Shown here in pieces: positions 47,187 to 55,647 of a stretch of DNA of 64,000 nt. Both the position numbers and the translations under genes were made by a program. Under the pieces are notes generated by a model. The model saw only the letters and a program-made list of their open reading frames with translations, did not search any database and was not told where the DNA came from. Within the stretch, counting starts at the first letter, position 1, and every line of letters begins with the position of its first letter. The stretch comes from a virus, in the IMG/VR virus record IMGVR_UViG_3300048573_000442; one strand, 5' to 3'.

Positions 47187-47880
47187 ATTTAACCCATGGG
47201 TCGTTGATGACAATAGTTCCGTCTTCAGCAATCATAAAATTGCTGCTGTGTAAATCGTTTTGGAACCCGTTCTTGCGCCCAATTTGGACGACATCGAATA
47301 TAGTAGAGGCCAATTTAACTAATTGCTGTTGGCCCATATGGAGTATGAGGTACTCCAAACCTGATGAAATCTCTAGTGCTGTTCTCGTAAAAAACATTTT
47401 GCCTTTTCTTGCAAACAGCGACTGATTATCAATTTCTAAGGCAGCTGGATGTTCTATATAGGTCGTAACAGCTTTAAGATATTCGATCTTTTTGTTGTTA
47501 AATGCGTCTACCTCTGTTGATAAGAACCCAAGTGCGATGCCAGTGTGTTCTGATATAGAACCCATCTCAAAAAGGCGTTCAGATTTTGCTATTAGCACCT
47601 TGGTGCCAGTCTCTGAGTTAACAATTGTTTCCGGGGCGCCAATATCAGGGATAAATTGGTTATTTTTATTTGCCAAACAGTATTTTAGCCACTTGACAAA
47701 TACGCTTGACCTCGAATCGTTTAGTGGACCGATCGCCAACAACACTTCATGTTTTTCATTCATCCAGACCGTCTTATCATATCCACTAGCTTCCATGAAA
47801 TAGCCGCGATCCCTCATTAGATGAAACAACCAAGAACTATCATCAGGTGAAAAATCAGATTCAAATAGGCGATGTTTCAT
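47173..47880 (-). CDS. Atypical protein kinase paralogue 1 (T7 gp0.7-like)
   Basis: DLHSSNFMIAEDGTIVINDPW; start at ATGA-coupled MKHRLFES. Confidence 0.7.
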   Translation of the reverse strand: MKHRLFESDFSPDDSSWLFHLMRDRGYFMEASGYDKTVWMNEKHEVLLAIGPLNDSRSSVFVKWLKYCLANKNNQFIPDIGAPETIVNSETGTKVLIAKSERLFEMGSISEHTGIALGFLSTEVDAFNNKKIEYLKAVTTYIEHPAALEIDNQSLFARKGKMFFTRTALEISSGLEYLILHMGQQQLVKLASTIFDVVQIGRKNGFQNDLHSSNFMIAEDGTIVINDPWVKYENI

Positions 47881-48605
47881 TTGTACCATCCATCGGCTTT
47901 CTTTACAAGTACCTCTAATGGGATGATATTTGGCGACAAATATTTCTCAGCCTCTTCTCGCATCTGTTTTAAATATCTTTTCCCTACAGGATTTTTCAAA
48001 GGCTCACTAAAAAACCCCTGAACAGATTTAAAAATTTTCAAGATGGCTTTGTCGTCAAGGGCGCCATCATTTTCAACCTGCTTAAAAAAATCAACTTTCG
48101 CCTGTAGAAACTTTGCGTTTTCCAAATTGACTTCACTGACTTTGCGAATAAATTCTGCGTCAACTTTTCGTCCAGAAATATCAGTTCGAGATTTTGCCCT
48201 TTTAAGAGATGTTTCCAAGCTTGCGTGAACAAACACTACTCCTACATCATATCCTATAGATTCAAGAATGCCTATGCGATGCAATATTTGGGAAACATTA
48301 TTCGAAGTGCTATCAACAAACAGTGGCAGCATCGAATTCATATAGCCTGTTAAAGATTTTTTTGTGATTTTAATCGATGAATCTCTTAATTCGGGCCACG
48401 TTTCAGAGGATACTTCCTTATCAAGTTTAAAGGCCATGAATTCGGTTGCAATGTCAGTATTGACTACTTTTGGGGAAATTTGCCCCCTTAGGTTCCTGAC
48501 TGTGTAACTCTTGCCGGCACCTGGCAAGCCAATCACGAAAACAGCTTTAAGAATGCCAGCATCATTAATGCCTTCTGTTATGTAGGTTTTGAAATTTGTT
48601 GTCAT
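47877..48605 (-). CDS. Zeta-toxin-like P-loop kinase
   Basis: GLPGAGKS, VNTD, FVDST, VFV...ETSLKR...R. Confidence 0.65.
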   Translation of the reverse strand: MTTNFKTYITEGINDAGILKAVFVIGLPGAGKSYTVRNLRGQISPKVVNTDIATEFMAFKLDKEVSSETWPELRDSSIKITKKSLTGYMNSMLPLFVDSTSNNVSQILHRIGILESIGYDVGVVFVHASLETSLKRAKSRTDISGRKVDAEFIRKVSEVNLENAKFLQAKVDFFKQVENDGALDDKAILKIFKSVQGFFSEPLKNPVGKRYLKQMREEAEKYLSPNIIPLEVLVKKADGWYK

Positions 48606-48609
48606 AATT

Positions 48610-49299
48610 TTAAAAGGATGCCCATGGATCGGTGATAACTAAAGTGCCGTCTGAAGCAATCATAAAGTTACCGGAATGTAAATCTAGAAAGCCGCTGCTA
48701 GGAGTTGCATTAATAATATCTATTAAAGTTCCTAGCAAAAAGTCAAAATCCTCGACGCTTAACACCAATAGCGCCATGCTTTCGGTAATATCCCCACTTG
48801 CTTCTAATCTAGCTTTTGCGTCCGCAATGACTTTTGATTTTAGGTCTTTTTGTAAAATGCTAGTAGAGCCAATAGCACTAGTGCAAGCTTTCACAAGTTC
48901 ATGAATTGCTTCTCGTATCTGGCTGAGTTCGGAAGAGACTTCAAACAAGCGTTCGATGTTGGCGACGATAAACTTCTCACCGCTTATAGTAAGTGGTTTT
49001 GAAAAACTAATATTTGGTAAATGGGGATTGGATGAATGTTGAAAACAAAAACTTACCCACTTTTTGAAATTGGCTGTTTCCCTATAGCTTTCGTCATGTT
49101 GGATTATTTTGACGTTATGTGTTTTTGGATTAACAAATGCTGCTTTAAAAGCGCCAGCTCTCAAAAATTTGTAACCTAAGCCTTTCATATGTTCTAAAAG
49201 AATGCTGCTTCTTCTAGATTCATCATTAAAATCCTGTTCTTCTGTGCTGATGGACTCGACCAAATATTTTTTGAAATTGCGCGCCATCATTATGCCCAT
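48610..49299 (-). CDS. Atypical protein kinase paralogue 2 (T7 gp0.7-like)
   Basis: FLRAGAFKAAF, VKI, NPHLPNI, DLHSGNFM, ITDPW. Confidence 0.75.
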   Translation of the reverse strand: MGIMMARNFKKYLVESISTEEQDFNDESRRSSILLEHMKGLGYKFLRAGAFKAAFVNPKTHNVKIIQHDESYRETANFKKWVSFCFQHSSNPHLPNISFSKPLTISGEKFIVANIERLFEVSSELSQIREAIHELVKACTSAIGSTSILQKDLKSKVIADAKARLEASGDITESMALLVLSVEDFDFLLGTLIDIINATPSSGFLDLHSGNFMIASDGTLVITDPWASF

Positions 49300-49985
49300 G
49301 GGTCAGTTATGACTATTGTTCCGTCTTCGCCAAGCATGAAATTTCCTGGATGCAAATCGAGAATTGAGTTACTAGGTGAAAAATCAATAATGTCTATTAT
49401 GGTCCCTATCAAAGAATCGATATCTTCAACACTTAATAGCAGTAATGAATGAGCATCATTTTCAAATTCGTCATTGGAGCCAAAATTTTCAAGAGAGCTT
49501 TTTATTTCAGCTATTAATTCGTCTCGGGGTTTATTTTTGCCGCCGCTCGAAGCTCTTGATGTTTCGCATAAATCCGCAATTTCAGTCAACGCGAAACCGA
49601 TAGAAACAATACTAGAACTGTCTATCGAAAATAGTCTTTCAATGGTGGCAATCTGAAACACATGCTTCGTGCCATCTTCACCTCCTATTTTTAACGGGCG
49701 ATCAAGTTTTATAATCGGGAGATGCGGGTTGTTCTTATGTTGTTTGCAAAAATCTATCCAGCGAGTAAAAGTACTAAATGAAGCTGGATTATTCTTGTAC
49801 AAAATTATTTTTGTCGAGCTAGAATCCATATACGCAGCTTTTTCAACCCCACTGCCGAGAAATTTGAACCCGTTTAGAACCATATATTTGTGCAAAGCAA
49901 AAGCACGTTCGCGATCAGCGAAACTCCCCGATCTCAAATACTTGGGGGCTTCATGGCTTTCGGCTAGAAAATGTTTAAAGTTCAT
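49290..49985 (-). CDS. Atypical protein kinase paralogue 3 (T7 gp0.7-like)
   Basis: LGSGVEKAAY, TKI, NPHLPII, DLHPGNFM, ITDPW; start moved to MNFKHFLAE. Confidence 0.75.
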   Translation of the reverse strand: MNFKHFLAESHEAPKYLRSGSFADRERAFALHKYMVLNGFKFLGSGVEKAAYMDSSSTKIILYKNNPASFSTFTRWIDFCKQHKNNPHLPIIKLDRPLKIGGEDGTKHVFQIATIERLFSIDSSSIVSIGFALTEIADLCETSRASSGGKNKPRDELIAEIKSSLENFGSNDEFENDAHSLLLLSVEDIDSLIGTIIDIIDFSPSNSILDLHPGNFMLGEDGTIVITDPWA

Positions 49986-50028
49986 TTTAATGGGAATGTA
50001 ACATTCAGTTAAGTTTGCGCTATCCACT

Positions 50029-50928
50029 TTATTCCTCACGCGATTTGATTTCAATGACAACAGCTTTAAACAATTCTATCGGTACAAGGAAAGCCTTCCC
50101 AGAAAACCAGCACTCCCTACTCTCCGGCAGCTTATCCCCATAATTCGCAACTGACAGATTGAGCGAATCAGGCGTGAATACTGCATCAGCTATCGCCTGA
50201 GTTAGGTTGCTGTGATTCTGTGTGATAAACTCACGAATGTACGTAACGCTTACATTCGGGAAAGTGCGGACAAACGCATCTATTACATCGTCAATAGGGG
50301 CTTTAGCAATAGTCTCTTGAAATTGATGCAAACTGACAACGCTTTCGTATCTATTGGCCAAAGGCAAAGTATGTGTTCCTACTCTATTCACAAACACAAA
50401 AAGTTTGTCACTAAGGTAATCTAACGGCACTTCGCGGCCGAAGAAGTTAACATCGCAATTTAGGAAATCGCGCTTATCACAAAATGTAATTAACGAACTT
50501 GAATTTTTCCCAACCGGGACCACCACTGAAACCGCTCCGTACGAACTAGCAGATGATAGAGAAGTAGAGCAGATGAGAGATTTTGAACGATCTGGAATTC
50601 CTGCCTGATTTAACGGCCCTGAAATTGCCATCATCAATTGATACACGTTGTCAGTATCTTTCGACGTTCTTATGCCAGTAGATGAATCAATATACGATAG
50701 TTTCGGCGCTCTTGGGCTGCTGAGGTCCCTTGAGCTTTTTGAACTCCCTCGATATAAAATGCCGCCATTTTTTAATGCTGATAAGAATCCTGGGCAATGC
50801 TTAAGCAAAGCGTCAGTTGCACTCACGATATCCTTTTCATTGAAGTGTTCAGACTTATTCAATAAGGTCCTTTTTCTCCATGCCTTCACTACGGCTTCAT
50901 TCAGTGCAAGTATTTCTGCCAATTTCAT
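50029..50928 (-). CDS. ADP-ribosyltransferase-like paralogue E
   Basis: LYRG, RTSKD, SLICSTSLSSASSYG, RECWF. Confidence 0.6.
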   Translation of the reverse strand: MKLAEILALNEAVVKAWRKRTLLNKSEHFNEKDIVSATDALLKHCPGFLSALKNGGILYRGSSKSSRDLSSPRAPKLSYIDSSTGIRTSKDTDNVYQLMMAISGPLNQAGIPDRSKSLICSTSLSSASSYGAVSVVVPVGKNSSSLITFCDKRDFLNCDVNFFGREVPLDYLSDKLFVFVNRVGTHTLPLANRYESVVSLHQFQETIAKAPIDDVIDAFVRTFPNVSVTYIREFITQNHSNLTQAIADAVFTPDSLNLSVANYGDKLPESRECWFSGKAFLVPIELFKAVVIEIKSREE

Positions 50929-50931
50929 AAT

Positions 50932-51378
50932 TCAATCCAGCTGTTTAATGTTGCCGTCTACTGTTATCATGCGTAATATTTCTTCACGGTTTGCAACGAG
51001 AATATTGTTAGTAGTTTTCCCGCCATTGGCATATGGAACAAAACTTTGATTTGCACGCTTTCTATCAGTCTTTGCTTTTGATCTGCTATTTACAGCGCTG
51101 AGTGCAATGTTGAGATAATTTGCAGCTACCTCGGCATTTCGAGCAGCATATCTTGGCTCAATGACTTCTAAATAATCCTGCTGGGTTTTAAATGCATCTA
51201 GCGCCGCAGTATAAATTTCATCAATTCTTTGCTCTATAAGAACATCATCGGCATCTTTGTGATCCACTGGCGGCTCTGTTGCAGAAAGTTCCTGCTTGGG
51301 CTGTTCAACCATGCCATATTCTTCTTCAATGTCAAACTCTTCACTCATGTTAAATGCTTGTTCCAATGGATTTCTCAT
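50932..51378 (-). CDS. Probable terminase small subunit (T4 gp16-like)
   Basis: Helical PR...EVAANYL segment and C-terminal TTNNILVANREEIL resemble gp16-family NN..VGST.EL. Confidence 0.55.
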   Translation of the reverse strand: MRNPLEQAFNMSEEFDIEEEYGMVEQPKQELSATEPPVDHKDADDVLIEQRIDEIYTAALDAFKTQQDYLEVIEPRYAARNAEVAANYLNIALSAVNSRSKAKTDRKRANQSFVPYANGGKTTNNILVANREEILRMITVDGNIKQLD

Positions 51379-51857
51379 TTTCGTGTTCCTTTAGTTCCTC
51401 TAGACTTAATAGCACCTTTAGTTTGTCTCGTAGACGGCCGTTTTTGTGCTTGTGCAAACAATTCGCGTTCAGTGACCAGCCTAAATCGAGCGCCAATGGC
51501 TTTTGCAAGATTTTCTGCAGCTTGCCACTTCGCAGCGTTTCTGATGAGCATAAGCTTATCGTAATTTGATTTAGCTTCTGACATCATTGCTTCTTTTAAT
51601 GGCTTAATCTCAACAATTTCTAAAGTGTTGTTAGTATACTGGACTAAAAAGTCTGGCCAATAATGTTTGACTTGCTTAGTAATTGGGTCCAAATATGTTA
51701 TATTTAGATTTTTCGGTTCACTGAACCATTTAGACACATGAATAGAATTATCTAGTGCCCGCATATAAGCTATTTCCCAACTAGAGCGGGCAACAATTCG
51801 CCTTGCATCCCCTGCATATTTCTTTGGGTTAGTTGGAACAAAAACGAGATTTGCCAT
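51375..51857 (-). CDS. Head completion nuclease (T4 gp4-like), copy 1
   Basis: FVPTNPKKY.G...I.ARSSWE...M, SE, YWPDF, VEIKP, KW.AA. Confidence 0.8.
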   Translation of the reverse strand: MANLVFVPTNPKKYAGDARRIVARSSWEIAYMRALDNSIHVSKWFSEPKNLNITYLDPITKQVKHYWPDFLVQYTNNTLEIVEIKPLKEAMMSEAKSNYDKLMLIRNAAKWQAAENLAKAIGARFRLVTERELFAQAQKRPSTRQTKGAIKSRGTKGTRK

Positions 51858-51859
51858 AA

Positions 51860-52300
51860 TTATTTCTTAGCCTTTTTAACGCCTTGGTGGAAAATGCTTT
51901 TTTCGGTAAGCACGCGAAATTTCATTCCTCGCTCTTGGCAATAAATTGCTGCGCTCTTCCATTTAGCTTCATTGACAACCAATGCATCCTTTGATCTCTG
52001 GCTTTTAGCAAATTGTTTGTCAGATTCATGAAGTGGTTTAACTTCTACCAATTCTTTAATTAGATTTCCGTCTTTGTCCATGTATTCGACAAAGAAATCC
52101 GGAAAATAGCGGTGCACTTTACTATCGAGTGGACTCAAATAAGGGATAACTATTTCTTCTGAACCCCATTTTAAGACATCTGGGCGACTGTCAAAATACT
52201 TCATGCATGCAACTTCCCAAGAAGAACGGGCAAAAATAGCATTTGGATCCCCAACGTATTTGGTGGGGTTTTTAGGTATGAAACGAGCGTTAAGCGCCAT
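51860..52300 (-). CDS. Head completion nuclease (T4 gp4-like), copy 2
   Basis: FIPKNPTKY.GD...ARSSWE, WGSEE..IPY.SP.D..VHRYFPDF, VEVKP. Confidence 0.85.
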   Translation of the reverse strand: MALNARFIPKNPTKYVGDPNAIFARSSWEVACMKYFDSRPDVLKWGSEEIVIPYLSPLDSKVHRYFPDFFVEYMDKDGNLIKELVEVKPLHESDKQFAKSQRSKDALVVNEAKWKSAAIYCQERGMKFRVLTEKSIFHQGVKKAKK

Positions 52301-53582
52301 TGTCGTACGGCACTGAAAGGTCTGTTACTGGGGCAGCATTGTCAGTAATAGCGGGTTTAGTAGGAAGCGCAAAACCCTGTACTACGCCAGTACCAATAGA
52401 ATTAATCGTCCTATTTGCTGCAGCGCCTAATGAACCCGAAACCGAACCTATTGCCCCATTTAAAGCGCGACCGACTGCATTATTCCCGACTACCTTTCGT
52501 AATGCTCCACTAATAGCGCTCTGAACTGCTCGTTCGCCTTGGCGTGCAAGAATGTCAACAAATGGGTTGCGCTCATTTCCTGGAGAAGTTTTTGCGCCCC
52601 TAACAATATACGCTGAACCTTCGTTATATCCGGACAATATGTCTATGATCATTGGCGCTGAAGGGGATCTATGTTGTCTTGCAGTGCTAGAATCCTTAGC
52701 AGCAGAAAGGCCTGTTTCTATATAAAGCGTATCGAAATCAAAGGTCCCAGTAATCAAATTGAAATTGGTGTCCTCATGATCATGATCGCCAAGTGATAAT
52801 TTGGAAATCCGCGGATTCGTAAAAACAAAGTCGTTTACTTTTACTGGGTCATGTGAACCCATCTCCATGTAATATTGATGGATTATGATTTTTGCAAGAA
52901 CGTTATTGTTCCCGCCATACAGCGCGCCTCTGTTTGATGAGTCGAGTTCATTAGGGGAATTACTAAATGAAAAACCATAGTCTCCTAAATTTGTTGAAGC
53001 CTCATGTTCCCTTCTAGATATTGGCACATGCAGCATGCGATAAAGATTTGCAAAATCCAGCGATTTGTTAGAAACGTCATCATAGAAAGTAAATGAAATT
53101 TCATCATGTGTTATGCTTTTTAGAACCTTAGTTCTAAAATTATACATATTAACCATTTCATAATCAAACGATACCGACGGAAGATCTATCTGCTTAACAG
53201 AATAATCTAACCCGCGCATTAACTCATCAACAGTTTTGCCACCAAGCGTCGATGCATATTCGGCAATGCCCGAATTGAAAATAAATGAAACTTTAAAAAG
53301 GAACTTTGTTCTTGGAATATTTGATGCAGTTGAATTCCTGCCAGTCGAGACATTTTGGGCTGCGTATCTAGTAGAATCCCAAACAAGGGGGGTTATTTGG
53401 GCAATTGCGTCAGCAGCTGAAACTGCATCGCTATCGCCTGTTAATTCGGTTGCGCCAGTAGATTTAAAAATCCCAGAAAGCGCGCGATCGGCAACACCTT
53501 GGACTGCAGCTCCAAACTGTTTAAAGGCTTCTGCTTCTAAAGCAACACCCGTAGATTTGATAATGTTTTTCACATCGCGCAT
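52290..53582 (-). CDS. Baseplate/tail-tube initiator-like protein (gp54/gp19 fold)
   Basis: KFLFKVSF...VKQIDLPSVSF...ISFTFYDD tube-fold pattern. Confidence 0.6.
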   Translation of the reverse strand: MRDVKNIIKSTGVALEAEAFKQFGAAVQGVADRALSGIFKSTGATELTGDSDAVSAADAIAQITPLVWDSTRYAAQNVSTGRNSTASNIPRTKFLFKVSFIFNSGIAEYASTLGGKTVDELMRGLDYSVKQIDLPSVSFDYEMVNMYNFRTKVLKSITHDEISFTFYDDVSNKSLDFANLYRMLHVPISRREHEASTNLGDYGFSFSNSPNELDSSNRGALYGGNNNVLAKIIIHQYYMEMGSHDPVKVNDFVFTNPRISKLSLGDHDHEDTNFNLITGTFDFDTLYIETGLSAAKDSSTARQHRSPSAPMIIDILSGYNEGSAYIVRGAKTSPGNERNPFVDILARQGERAVQSAISGALRKVVGNNAVGRALNGAIGSVSGSLGAAANRTINSIGTGVVQGFALPTKPAITDNAAPVTDLSVPYDNGA

Positions 53583-53607
53583 AATAATTCCTAAGACTAA
53601 TAAGAAG

Positions 53608-53615
53608 TATTTATG
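53608..53615 (-). promoter_or_regulatory. Late promoter-like CATAAATA
   Basis: 26 nt upstream of 53582. Confidence 0.5.
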
Positions 53616-53719
53616 GCAGACGTAACAATTTGGGCATCCTAACCGGAAATGAATAAAGGCTACTTTAAAAGTAGCCTTTATCTTTAACTGATAACGAGTT
53701 GAACCCGTTATCTTACAGC

Positions 53720-54310
53720 TTAAAGATTACCGCCCAATGCAGTACCATAGCCAGCACCAAGCAGTTCTTGACGTGCATGGTCATAACGAAGTTGCAAACT
53801 AATTGTTGCAGCAGTTGAATCAGAGTAATCCATATCGCCATAATCAACCGATGCGATAAAGCAGCCTTCAAGTTTCCAACGCTCAACTACGCCTTCGCCA
53901 CCGTCTAGGGCCTCAAGGATAGTTCCGAATTTGTAATCAGAACCCGTAGCAGCTTGAGCTAGCCACTCGCCAGGAAGATCTCCGCCGATCAAACGCTGTT
54001 GAGTTTCCAGCTGACCCTGAATGGCACCTGAAGCCAAACCGGTAATATCGTCTTCAACCGTTAATGAAATCGGTTCGAAAGTGTGCTTTCCAGCAACATA
54101 GGCAGTGGAGTTATAGCGGTGCATCGTCACTTGTTCAAATGACAGGTTCGGACGCTGAACGTTAGTTGCCTGACGAGTAAGTTCGCGTGAAGATGCGCCG
54201 GGTACCAAACGCGCTAAGCCCACAAAGGTTACTTGCCAGCGGTGCTTTAGCTTAGGGTGAAGTATGCCGGAACCAGCGGCAGGAATACCAATTTGTGATA
54301 ATGTCGACAT
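53720..54310 (-). CDS. Tail tube protein (T4 gp19-like)
   Basis: PKLKHRWQVTF, RPNLSF, YVAGK.TFEPISLTVEDD, WKLEGCF, L.YD.A. Confidence 0.85.
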   Translation of the reverse strand: MSTLSQIGIPAAGSGILHPKLKHRWQVTFVGLARLVPGASSRELTRQATNVQRPNLSFEQVTMHRYNSTAYVAGKHTFEPISLTVEDDITGLASGAIQGQLETQQRLIGGDLPGEWLAQAATGSDYKFGTILEALDGGEGVVERWKLEGCFIASVDYGDMDYSDSTAATISLQLRYDHARQELLGAGYGTALGGNL

Positions 54311-54368
54311 TTTTTCTCCTTGAATAAGTAATGCAATCGCCCGAGTGGCAAATGTTTAAATCATTGCC

Positions 54369-54376
54369 TATTTATG
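54369..54376 (-). promoter_or_regulatory. Late promoter-like CATAAATA for the tube gene
   Basis: 59 nt upstream of 54310. Confidence 0.5.
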
Positions 54377-54403
54377 GGAACAATCAAAAAACACACAAAC
54401 CTC

Positions 54404-55216
54404 TTAATTTAGGCTATCTAAGAATGAACTATACGCTGTTGTAACAGGAACTCCTGACTTTGCAATCAAGTGAAACGGGACTAAAATATATCCATCAGAA
54501 TCATAGAAGAATATTTCGTTGCGCGACGTAATTGCTTCGGCAAAGCTTTCGTTGTTCTTATAATAATCTAGAGCAAACAGCTTTATCGCCTTAATAAGAT
54601 CAGCGTGCTTTAGCTTTAAAATATTTCTATCTGAGCATTTACGAGCAGCTGCTTCTGTATGTTGTTCGGCATTTCCGTCGAGATTGTGAACCCAAACAGC
54701 TGATGAAACACTTCCTATAATCGTGAAAAGATTTTCAAAGAACTCGATTAGTTCAAAAGCCGTAATAGGGAATTTACTACGCGGCAACAAATCCCTAATA
54801 CTTTCGGCAAAAAACTCAAGGCCTCCGTCTTCGCCAACATAAGAATCTTGTAGTTTTTTAGACCATGCCCACTGAAAATTTCCACATGGGAAGCAAAATG
54901 CTAAATGTTTTGCGTACTTAGAGGCCTCTGTCAAGGAACCGACTGCAAAAAAGGATCGTTGGCGAATATCAGGTATGCCATATGCAGCGTCAATTGCGGC
55001 GTTGAATGCGAAACTGAATTCTTGGCTTGAATCTCTTGGCGGACGGTATTTGGGATGCGGAATTATTAAAGCTTTTTCAACAGGCCTACTTACAGATCTG
55101 AACAATGCTTTGCCATCAGACAGCGCTAAAAATGGTTGACAGTGTTGCTTAATCAGCTCTGAGGCGTTTTTAAGTAGGTCGTCCTGCTCTGTCAAAAATT
55201 GCCTAAACTGGGTCAT
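54404..55216 (-). CDS. ADP-ribosyltransferase-like paralogue G (diverged), between sheath and tube
   Basis: FRQFLTE tag; LFRS, RDSS, SFFAVGS...ASKY...FCFP, NEIFF. Confidence 0.4.
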   Translation of the reverse strand: MTQFRQFLTEQDDLLKNASELIKQHCQPFLALSDGKALFRSVSRPVEKALIIPHPKYRPPRDSSQEFSFAFNAAIDAAYGIPDIRQRSFFAVGSLTEASKYAKHLAFCFPCGNFQWAWSKKLQDSYVGEDGGLEFFAESIRDLLPRSKFPITAFELIEFFENLFTIIGSVSSAVWVHNLDGNAEQHTEAAARKCSDRNILKLKHADLIKAIKLFALDYYKNNESFAEAITSRNEIFFYDSDGYILVPFHLIAKSGVPVTTAYSSFLDSLN

Positions 55217-55566
55217 TTTAAATTTTCGATTTTATAACGGGCTTTAAAAGCTGTTGCAATAACTGCATCCCACTCATTTTGAATAAACGAATCTTGTGGG
55301 ATTTCGGTTTTTGCTGTTTCTGCCCATTCAGTAAAGTTTTTAATAAAAGCTTCTGCGTCGTTAGTAGGAAAACCATTTGAATCGGGAGTCGTATCCTGCA
55401 TGACCCCATATTTTCCCTGGTACATCTCTGCTAAGCCATCGATAAGTTCTATTAGCGCATCGTAAAAATCATTAAGGGCCACGTGAACCGCAAATGATTT
55501 CGTTTTAAGGTGCAGAGCGTGAGAAATATCTCTAGCTGCAAAAAGATTGGCAATGATTTTGTCCAT
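55213..55566 (-). CDS. Small ferritin-like four-helix protein (DUF5856-like)
   Basis: HALHLKTKSFAVHVALNDFYD...D.LAE.YQGKYG. Confidence 0.65.
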   Translation of the reverse strand: MDKIIANLFAARDISHALHLKTKSFAVHVALNDFYDALIELIDGLAEMYQGKYGVMQDTTPDSNGFPTNDAEAFIKNFTEWAETAKTEIPQDSFIQNEWDAVIATAFKARYKIENLK

Positions 55567-55590
55567 GTTTTTCCTGTTAGCAACACAACA

Positions 55591-55598
55591 TATTTATC
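55591..55598 (-). promoter_or_regulatory. Late promoter-like GATAAATA
   Basis: 25 nt upstream of 55566. Confidence 0.5.
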
Positions 55599-55605
55599 CA
55601 CTTAA

Positions 55606-55632
55606 AGGGAAGGTTCTTTTAGAACCTTCCCT
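55606..55632 (-). terminator. Hairpin/terminator after the sheath gene
   Basis: 12-bp perfect stem AGGGAAGGTTCT/AGAACCTTCCCT, 3-nt loop. Confidence 0.65.
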
Positions 55633-55647
55633 GTCCAGCGAAACTTG

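Noticed and set aside
51375-52300. TnsA transposase / Tn7-like element
   Set aside because: The motifs match the related T4 gp4 head-completion nuclease, the context is structural, and there are no tnsB/C or terminal repeats
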